Shown piece after piece: positions 17,468-23,691 of a DNA stretch of 32,000 nt; within the stretch, counting starts at the first letter, position 1, and each line of letters opens with the position of its first letter. Source of the DNA: an uncultured Candidatus Babeliaceae bacterium (GTDB lineage: Bacteria > Babelota > Babeliae > Babelales > Babelaceae); NCBI GenBank assembly GCA_963704655.1, contig OY969927.1, forward strand, positions 465,192-497,191, read 5' to 3'. The notes below the pieces were generated by a model, which was not told where the DNA came from, did not search any database, and saw nothing but the letters and a program-made list of their open reading frames with translations. A program made the position numbers and the translations under genes.

Positions 17468-17764
17468 ATGTCGGATCAAGTTTTTTATTTATATATCCTA
17501 CAATGTAACGACCAATCATATTATGTTGGCCATACTGATGATATCGAAAAGCGTATTGCTGATCATGCTGCCGGTCTGTGTGGTTATACTTCAAAAAGAT
17601 TACCTGTAAAATTAATTCATATTGATCAATTTCAAGCGCGGGACGAAGCATTTATTGCTGAACATAAAATAAAAGGCTGGACTAGAAAGAAGAAAGAGGC
17701 TTTTATGCAAAAAAAATTTGATGAATTAATTAGGTTATCTAATTTTAAAAAAGAAATTATTTAA
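17468..17764 (+). CDS. small GIY-YIG nuclease family protein (COG2827/UPF0213 type)
   Basis: FYLYILQCNDQSYYVGHTDDIEKRIADHAAG...EHKIKGWTRKKKEAF. About three quarters of residues are identical to 23175-23480. Confidence 0.9.
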   Translation: MSDQVFYLYILQCNDQSYYVGHTDDIEKRIADHAAGLCGYTSKRLPVKLIHIDQFQARDEAFIAEHKIKGWTRKKKEAFMQKKFDELIRLSNFKKEII

Positions 17765-17785
17765 ACTATATACTTTACGCTAATT

Positions 17786-17857
17786 CGCTAACCCTTCGAC
17801 AAGCTCAGGATGAGCGAGCCTTTAGTACTGAGTTTATCGAAGTATCAGGGTGACACC
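17786..17857. repeat. right arm of the element
   Basis: cgctaacccttcgacaagctcaggatgagcgagcc...tcgaagtatcagggtgacac is the reverse complement of left-arm modules. Confidence 0.75.
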
Positions 17858-17924
17858 TTTAGCGCCACAAGAGCTTAGTACTCCCTACATAAACAAATGG
17901 GGTTCTATAATACTTTTTTATTAA

Positions 17925-19286
17925 CTAGTTTTGCTGAGTATGATCAAATACTTTTACTGGCTGATATTCACCATGCATTCCGCATAATGCGTGATAAAAA
18001 TGCGCAACATAGAGTATTGGAACCTGCCACTGAATAGCACGGTAGCGAGCGCACATAAGCATTTGATAGCGCATATAATCACGCTTGAGCCAACTATCGT
18101 TACAGAATGCAATTATAGAAGTATTCTGCTGAAGTTCGTGGTCTGGGTAAGTATTAAAAAACAGTTCTGAGCAAATATAGGGCACTATTTTTAAATTTTT
18201 GGTAATCTGCCAAAAGGGGCGCCTGCGGGTGCTTGGGTGTATGCCGATAAAATTTTTAAAAAAATATGCATGTGCCCCACGTTCAGTAAGTGCCATTGCA
18301 TGCCGTTTATCAAATAAATCAATCAAAACACCATCATGAATCCAATAAACGGTATTTCGATATTTGCCATTATCCCATCTAAAGCCGCCAGTAAGTATGG
18401 TAACCGACTTACCAAGCTGTTCTTGGTTTAAAAGAGCAACAACCTGTGGCTCACCGGGTAAAATCGGACACCGAATGGCAGTTTCATGAAAAAGAATCAT
18501 ATCACTTTCAGGGTACTGCTTTAAAAGCGCTTTACAATAATCACGAATCGCTCTTCCTGTATGCATAACAGAATCATGAGCATTAAAATATTCACGCCCA
18601 CAGGCAATAGTAGTATGGTTAATAATATGCGCTCTATGCGTATGCGAAATTATGATACCCATAAGCCACACGCCCACAAAAAACAGAACTGCTAGCCAGT
18701 AATATCTTCCCCAGCAAATGGCAGCGCTTATAAACGCCTGGGTAGCGATAAAAATAAATAATAATAAACTTGAACCGATTTTAGGCAACCAAAACAACAT
18801 GCCAGAATATTCTACTAAGGGGACCAGTGGGTTAAAAAGTAGATACCCTTCAACTGCGCCAAGCATAAACAAAGACCCTCGTTCAAGAAACAAGAAAAAT
18901 AACCAGGTAAAAATAGCAGCGCAAAATAAACGTACACCTGGTGATTGCGTAATAAAGCGTAGCGATATAAGCAAAAAAAACCAGCTCAAGCCATAACAAT
19001 AGGCTACGAGTAAAACCAATACCGGTGGAATAAGTTTAAAAAAAATATTACCAGATCCGCAGCAATAAAGTCCCTCTGCAATAGCCCAAAACTGCAAAGA
19101 AAAAGCAATGCCAGACCAAATTACTCCATGGAAAATCGTTACTTTATCATGAATGATAAGATAAAAAAGTGGGATTAAAAAAATGCATGCGGCCCACCAA
19201 AAAAATTGTGGCCATAAAAAGGGCATGATATAAAGACACGAGCTTATACAACACAAGTAAAAACCATCTGCATTACAATATTTCAT
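17925..19286 (-). CDS. lnt: apolipoprotein N-acyltransferase
   Basis: The N-terminal half is polytopic membrane. The C-terminal half is a carbon-nitrogen hydrolase domain with E/K/C triad contexts (ILFHETAI, FDKRHAM, VPYICSELFF). Confidence 0.75.
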   Translation of the reverse strand: MKYCNADGFYLCCISSCLYIMPFLWPQFFWWAACIFLIPLFYLIIHDKVTIFHGVIWSGIAFSLQFWAIAEGLYCCGSGNIFFKLIPPVLVLLVAYCYGLSWFFLLISLRFITQSPGVRLFCAAIFTWLFFLFLERGSLFMLGAVEGYLLFNPLVPLVEYSGMLFWLPKIGSSLLLFIFIATQAFISAAICWGRYYWLAVLFFVGVWLMGIIISHTHRAHIINHTTIACGREYFNAHDSVMHTGRAIRDYCKALLKQYPESDMILFHETAIRCPILPGEPQVVALLNQEQLGKSVTILTGGFRWDNGKYRNTVYWIHDGVLIDLFDKRHAMALTERGAHAYFFKNFIGIHPSTRRRPFWQITKNLKIVPYICSELFFNTYPDHELQQNTSIIAFCNDSWLKRDYMRYQMLMCARYRAIQWQVPILYVAHFYHALCGMHGEYQPVKVFDHTQQN

Positions 19287-19293
19287 GGTAATT

Positions 19294-19328
19294 AAAAAAA
19301 AAGGGTAGAGAAATTGATTTCTCTACCC
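19294..19328 (-). terminator. intrinsic terminator of the secreted-protein operon
   Basis: The minus strand reads gggtagagaaa-tcaa-tttctctaccc followed by ttttttttt. Confidence 0.7.
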
Positions 19329-19367
19329 TACCAAATTGAGTACTATTAATTAAATAAAATTCTTTTT

Positions 19368-20021
19368 TTATTTAACATCGGTCCATTTCCACAAGTCTTT
19401 ATTTGATTCATCCTGTAAAACTAAAGCCCCATTTGCAACTGTCAAAAGTATATTCATAGAGTTACACGCAATGCCAGAACCTCCAAGACCAAAGCTATGG
19501 TAATAGGTTTTAGTGGTCTTAGTTGCAGGCCGAGTACTATACGCATTACCGCCTAAAGTGGTAGTATATTTAAACTCAATACGCTTAAAACATACTGGGT
19601 AACCCAACTGCGAATTAAGGGCAGCTTTGGTAACTTCTTCTGGAATAAGGCCCTCTGATAGTTCCTTCATGCCTTTTCCTAACACTTCACCAGCTGCCTC
19701 AACGGACATCTTTGATATCATACCTAAACGATCTTTTACCGCACAGCTATGGAGTACCAAGAGATTCCCTTTAGGAATTTCAAAATCAACTTTTTGGTCA
19801 TCATATCCTGCTAAAGCAAGATATACTGTCCCACCAATAGCTTGATCTGAAGTATTACGAATGGACATTTGCCATCCCTTATTATCACTATCTTGGCAAG
19901 GTTCCATCGCATCTATGTAATAACCATCTTTAGTTTTTAACATATTTGCTTCTGCATGCAAAATTTCGCATGAAGCGCTTAAAAGTAGTATTAATAATAC
20001 ATAAAAATTATAGTTTTTCAT
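19368..20021 (-). CDS. hypothetical secreted protein
   Basis: 217 aa with signal MKNYNFYVLLILLLSASCEILHA. Its start overlaps the upstream stop (TAATG). Confidence 0.6.
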   Translation of the reverse strand: MKNYNFYVLLILLLSASCEILHAEANMLKTKDGYYIDAMEPCQDSDNKGWQMSIRNTSDQAIGGTVYLALAGYDDQKVDFEIPKGNLLVLHSCAVKDRLGMISKMSVEAAGEVLGKGMKELSEGLIPEEVTKAALNSQLGYPVCFKRIEFKYTTTLGGNAYSTRPATKTTKTYYHSFGLGGSGIACNSMNILLTVANGALVLQDESNKDLWKWTDVK

Positions 20022-20404
20022 TAATGCTTCCCTTCAACTAATTTAAACTGTTTACTGTTACCAGATGCTGGAAAAATCGTTCCTTGGTAATCTCCACATA
20101 ACATAGAAAAACCTGTACTTGGTAATGAAACCTCACCTACTGTATCACCAGAGTTGACAGAAACTTCATAAACATATTCACCAGCTTTAATGGTTAGCTT
20201 ATTCACACAACAAGCACCGGTCTGAAATGTAAAAGAAGCGTTCGGTGCAATGGCACCAGAAGGTTGCACATTAGAGCAAACAAATTTAGAAATCTCTAAA
20301 AATATCGTGCCAGGGGTTTTATTATAAAAAGTATAACTATACCCAACTATCTCTGTTGCCATGCCACAAAAGAGCATGAGTAGAGAAATTATTATTTTTT
20401 TCAT
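20021..20404 (-). CDS. hypothetical small secreted Cys-containing protein
   Basis: 127 aa with a signal peptide. The mature N-terminus is YSYTFYNK. Confidence 0.6.
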   Translation of the reverse strand: MKKIIISLLMLFCGMATEIVGYSYTFYNKTPGTIFLEISKFVCSNVQPSGAIAPNASFTFQTGACCVNKLTIKAGEYVYEVSVNSGDTVGEVSLPSTGFSMLCGDYQGTIFPASGNSKQFKLVEGKH

Positions 20405-20428
20405 TTTTTTACTCCTTAATTTAAATAA

Positions 20429-20794
20429 TTATTCAACTAATAAAATTATGAGACCATTTTCATCATATTGTGCCGTTATGTTAAGATCCCTACAAGCCAA
20501 ATCAGCACCTGTTGTAGGAATATTACTCCACCCTGGTTTAGTAGCTATTTTACCCAACCTAGCTGTGGTCATTTCAAAACCATCCAAACAATAGATCCCA
20601 GTGCCCCATTCAATAGTTTTGCCTGGAGCGATATTATCTTGCGAATTCTTTCCAGACCATGCCGCTGACATGGTTACATTTTTTATTGTTTCCTTGAGCC
20701 CATTTTTAAATTTATAGTTATAAGCTTGGGTATGCGCACCCATCATAAGAGCACATAAGACCACAAAAGCCTTAACTTGACGGTTATTTAACAT
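20429..20794 (-). CDS. hypothetical small secreted protein (start moved to an internal ATG)
   Basis: AAGGAG lies 6 nt upstream of the ATG at 20794 and gives MLNNRQVKAFVVLCALMMGAHTQA-YNYKFKNG. The 24-codon extension in the ORF track lacks an SD. Confidence 0.6.
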   Translation of the reverse strand: MLNNRQVKAFVVLCALMMGAHTQAYNYKFKNGLKETIKNVTMSAAWSGKNSQDNIAPGKTIEWGTGIYCLDGFEMTTARLGKIATKPGWSNIPTTGADLACRDLNITAQYDENGLIILLVE

Positions 20795-21053
20795 AAAACT
20801 CTCCTTGTTTTTTAATAAAAACTTATTTTTCCTGTAGTACCATGAGTACCATGTCATTTTAAGCATATATATAAATATTTATATTAGTCAATATATATTA
20901 AATAAATACATCTTTTATAAGCCCCTTTAAGGTGAAAATACAGGTTTGCGCATTAAATTTATTGACAAATCAGATTAAAATATAGGATCCTGATAATGTA
21001 TAGGTTTAATATAATTAAAATAATTAAAGTAAAAAAAATAAAGGAAATATGGT

Positions 21054-21530
21054 ATGAAAAATACTATTTTACTCAAAGGTGCGCTCGCACTTACTATTAT
21101 AACAACAGGTTTGTTACACGCTGGCGCTACGACACAATTAATAGTTAATAAAGCTATTGATCTTGGTACGGCACCTGCTGTAAAAGTTGTATGTGATGCA
21201 TATGGCAAACAAGGTGTTCAGGTAGCTAAAGGTATGAATTCAACGGTAACTGGATTAAAAGATACTGCTAAAAAAGTCTGTTGCCGATTCTCGGGTTTCA
21301 GAAAAGATCATCCAAATGTTACAAGAGATGTATTTGATGGCTGTAAGGGTATTGAAATTGACAATGCACCTTCTGAAGAAGACGCATGTGCATTTGTTGC
21401 GATAGGTGGAAGCTTACTTACCAATTTACCTAAAGCTGTTAAATCAACCTTAGGCGATCGCTGTTGCATATATGAAGATGTAATGTCAGAAAATCCTAAA
21501 GCTGCAAAATCGCTCGGATGCGAAATATAA
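21054..21530 (+). CDS. secreted protein with two 4-Cys modules (paralog 1)
   Basis: Signal peptide, followed by modules ending CCRFSGFRKDHPNVTRDVFDGC and CCIYEDVMSENPKAAKSLGC. Confidence 0.65.
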   Translation: MKNTILLKGALALTIITTGLLHAGATTQLIVNKAIDLGTAPAVKVVCDAYGKQGVQVAKGMNSTVTGLKDTAKKVCCRFSGFRKDHPNVTRDVFDGCKGIEIDNAPSEEDACAFVAIGGSLLTNLPKAVKSTLGDRCCIYEDVMSENPKAAKSLGCEI

Positions 21531-21550
21531 TAGATTAATTTATGGCATTA

Positions 21551-21580
21551 TTGACAAATTGAATTAATTTGTGCGATACT
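21551..21580 (+). promoter_or_regulatory. sigma70-type promoter candidate
   Basis: TTGACA, an 18-nt spacer, then GATACT. The 12-mer ttattgacaaat is also present at 20959-20970 upstream of paralog 1. Confidence 0.4.
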
Positions 21581-21630
21581 AAAATTAGATAGTATAATAA
21601 CTAATATAATATAATAAAAAGGAGATCGTA

Positions 21631-22194
21631 ATGAAATTACGTAAAATACAATTAACTCTTGCACTGCTTGTTGCAGCATTAGGCTCACAAGCTCTTTTTG
21701 CAGCCACAGAACCGGCAAATAAAAGTATTATCGATACTTATGCTAAAGGTGTTGAAAATGCACTTAAAGTCGCTGCTGCTAAACCTGAAACTGGTTGTAA
21801 CGTTATGGGTACACTTGCTGGTAGATATTTAAAAACAGCTCTTGTAACTCCAGATAACGTTGCATTGGCACAAGTTTATTGCTGTGAAGATGCTAAATTT
21901 AAAGATAAACATCCTAAAGCTTATGAATCATTGTGCCTTGGTACTTCAACTAATAAAGTTGTAGAAGGTTTAATCGGTAAAGTAGGTGTAGCACCTGCTA
22001 AAACTTGCCCAGTTATCGGTAAACTTGGTAGAACTTTAAATAGTTTAACTGAAGACCAAAAAACAACATTATGTGTAACTTGCGGTGATTTATGGAAAGA
22101 TAAACACCCTAAAGCTCGTGAAGTAGTTTGTTCACATATGCAAGAATCAGCTGAAGACGTATTGTCTGAAGAAGATGTTATAGAAGCTGAGTAA
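21631..22194 (+). CDS. secreted protein with two 4-Cys modules and an acidic tail (paralog 2)
   Basis: Strong SD (aaggag) and a signal peptide. Modules are TGC..x..CCEDAKFKDKHPKAYESLC and TC..x..CVTCGDLWKDKHPKAREVVC. Confidence 0.7.
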   Translation: MKLRKIQLTLALLVAALGSQALFAATEPANKSIIDTYAKGVENALKVAAAKPETGCNVMGTLAGRYLKTALVTPDNVALAQVYCCEDAKFKDKHPKAYESLCLGTSTNKVVEGLIGKVGVAPAKTCPVIGKLGRTLNSLTEDQKTTLCVTCGDLWKDKHPKAREVVCSHMQESAEDVLSEEDVIEAE

Positions 22195-22209
22195 TATTCG
22201 TTATCTTAA

Positions 22210-22242
22210 AAAAGTGGGGGGGTAAAACCCCTCACTTTTTAT
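22210..22242 (+). terminator. intrinsic terminator
   Basis: agtgggggg-taaaa-cccctcact (one bulge) followed by ttttt. Confidence 0.6.
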
Positions 22243-22266
22243 TATATAAGATCAGAGAGTCACTTT

Positions 22267-22896
22267 ATGAAAAACAAATTCTTATTAAAAAAAATTTTAT
22301 CTATCCTGCCACTCATAGCAATTACCAGCATGTCTATTACAGAAATTATGGCAGATGCAGGAATCCCCGCAACGACCCTTAAAAAAGCACTGAATCTAAC
22401 TGGAGTTGACGAAACAACAGGCTGTACATTACTCAGTTCAGCAGGTGAGCTTCTGAAACCGCTCAGTTCAAGTGAAAAAGGTCGCGCATGTGTTACCTGC
22501 GGTGACAATTGGGCAAAAGATGAGAAAAATAATGGTAAAGCACTTACCGTAGTTTGTGGAAAAACAGGATCCCCAACAGACAAACAAAAAGAAATTTTAA
22601 CCAGGGCCCTTACTGATTGTGAACAATTAGCTTTGCTCTATCGCCGCTTTGATTTACTTTCTAAAGATCAACGAGTTCAAGCAGTATCAACCTGCTTTGG
22701 TAAATGGGACCAACACCCTAAAGCTCGAAACGCTCTTATGAAACAACCAGTTGATCTGGATGAATCAAAAGAAGTAAAAGGTGATTTGCCAACATGGCAG
22801 GAAGTCTCACAAATGCAAATTCTTGCTAAGGCTGATGCCAAAGGGCAAGTTACGCAAGAGATTACCGAAGAACAATTTAAAGCAGTTATTAAGTAA
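22267..22896 (+). CDS. secreted protein with two 4-Cys-type modules (paralog 3)
   Basis: Signal/anchor segment. Modules are TGC..x..CVTCGDNWAKDEKNNGKALTVVC and DC..x..TCFGKWDQHPKARNAL. Confidence 0.65.
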   Translation: MKNKFLLKKILSILPLIAITSMSITEIMADAGIPATTLKKALNLTGVDETTGCTLLSSAGELLKPLSSSEKGRACVTCGDNWAKDEKNNGKALTVVCGKTGSPTDKQKEILTRALTDCEQLALLYRRFDLLSKDQRVQAVSTCFGKWDQHPKARNALMKQPVDLDESKEVKGDLPTWQEVSQMQILAKADAKGQVTQEITEEQFKAVIK

Positions 22897-22980
22897 TACG
22901 TTAATTTAATTACAACGTATGCTATCATTCTTGCGACAGCCTCGCACGTCTGAAAATAAAAAAAAGTTGATCTTGTCGCC

Positions 22981-23101
22981 GTGTCATCCTTATGCTTCGA
23001 CTTGCCTTTAGTATTGAGCTTGTCGAAATATCAGCACGTGGGTTTACTCCTGAGCCTGACGAATGGCTCGCTCATCCTGAGCCTGTCGAAGGGTTAGCGA
23101 G
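22981..23101. repeat. left arm of the element
   Basis: Near-identical to 17236-17332. It also contains the inner IR module. Confidence 0.75.
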
Positions 23102-23124
23102 CGCTATTAAATTTATTACTAAAA

Positions 23125-23133
23125 TGATATAAT
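23125..23133 (+). promoter_or_regulatory. extended -10 promoter element (TGaTATAAT)
   Basis: tgatataat lies within the AT-rich core, upstream of the GIY-YIG ATG. Confidence 0.4.
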
Positions 23134-23174
23134 ATGTTGATATGTTTAATTTTAAATTTTAATTTTTATCTCGA

Positions 23175-23480
23175 ATGTTAAACCAGAATTTTTTTGTTTA
23201 TATACTTGAATGCAAAGATAAATCCTATTATGTTGGACATACTGATAATATTGAAAAACGTATTGCAGAACACGCTGAGGGTATGTGCGGATACACATTA
23301 AAGCAGCTACCGGTAAAATTAATTTATATTGAGCAATTTCAAACTCGAGATGAAGCATTTATTGCTGAACATAAAATAAAAGGCTGGACTAGAAAGAAGA
23401 AAGAAGCGTTAATGCAGAAGAGATTTGATGAGTTAATTATATTATCAAATTTCAAAAAAAAATTTCCTGAAACTCGCTAA
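23175..23480 (+). CDS. small GIY-YIG nuclease family protein (COG2827/UPF0213 type)
   Basis: FFVYILECKDKSYYVGHTDNIEKRIAEHAEG...EHKIKGWTRKKKEAL. The stop codon lies inside the right-arm IR. Confidence 0.9.
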   Translation: MLNQNFFVYILECKDKSYYVGHTDNIEKRIAEHAEGMCGYTLKQLPVKLIYIEQFQTRDEAFIAEHKIKGWTRKKKEALMQKRFDELIILSNFKKKFPETR

Positions 23481-23640
23481 CCCTTCGACAAGCTCAGGAT
23501 GAGCGAGCATTTAGTGCTGATATTTCGACAAGCTCAATACTAAAGGCAAATCGAAGCATCAGGATGAGCGGCGGCGGGCAGGCCCCTGGTACTGAGCAAA
23601 ATAGTGCGTTTACGCACCAGTCGAAGTATCAGGATGACAC
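23474..23640. repeat. right arm of the element
   Basis: Its modules mirror the left arm. An additional outer part is homologous to 17148-17235 and 1732-1790 (cagtaccaggggcctgcccgccg; gtgcgtttacgcac hairpin). Confidence 0.75.
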
Positions 23641-23691
23641 CCTTTGCAGAAAAGTTTTTTTCTTAAATATATTTCATCGAACTTATGTTAC

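Larger units (their letters stand above)
17148..17857 (+). mobile_element. inverted-repeat-bounded element carrying one GIY-YIG ORF
   Basis: The outer termini gtgtcaccctgatacttcga (17148-17167) and its exact reverse complement (17838-17857) match over 20 bp. The inner 35-bp IR (17359-17393 / 17786-17820) is perfect. The core is an AT-rich promoter region plus the ORF. Confidence 0.65.
22981..23640 (+). mobile_element. inverted-repeat-bounded element carrying one GIY-YIG ORF
   Basis: The termini are gtgtcatccttatgcttcgac (22981-23001) and the reverse complement of gtgtcatcctgatacttcgac (ending at 23640). Inner IRs are ctcgctcatcctgagcctgtcgaagggttagcg / cgctaacccttcgacaagctcaggatgagcgag. A further ~53-bp IR pairs 22985-23037 with 23510-23564. 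Confidence 0.65.

Noticed and set aside
17451-17651. Antisense 66-aa ORF inside the GIY-YIG gene, mirrored by a 68-aa antisense ORF at 23152..23358
   Set aside because: The similarity between the two is fully explained by both being antisense to conserved paralogous genes. There is no start context or independent signal. This is probably a stop-poor antisense frame.
20795-20866. 24-codon N-terminal extension of ORF 20429..20866
   Set aside because: The internal ATG at 20794 has a strong AAGGAG SD and yields a canonical signal peptide. The upstream ATG has neither.
20962-20997. TTGACA upstream of Cys-module paralog 1 as a full promoter
   Set aside because: The -35-like hexamer is perfect, but no acceptable -10 lies at 16-19 nt spacing (TATAGG at 13 nt, GATAAT at 24 nt). 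I note only the shared 12-mer with the paralog 2 upstream region.
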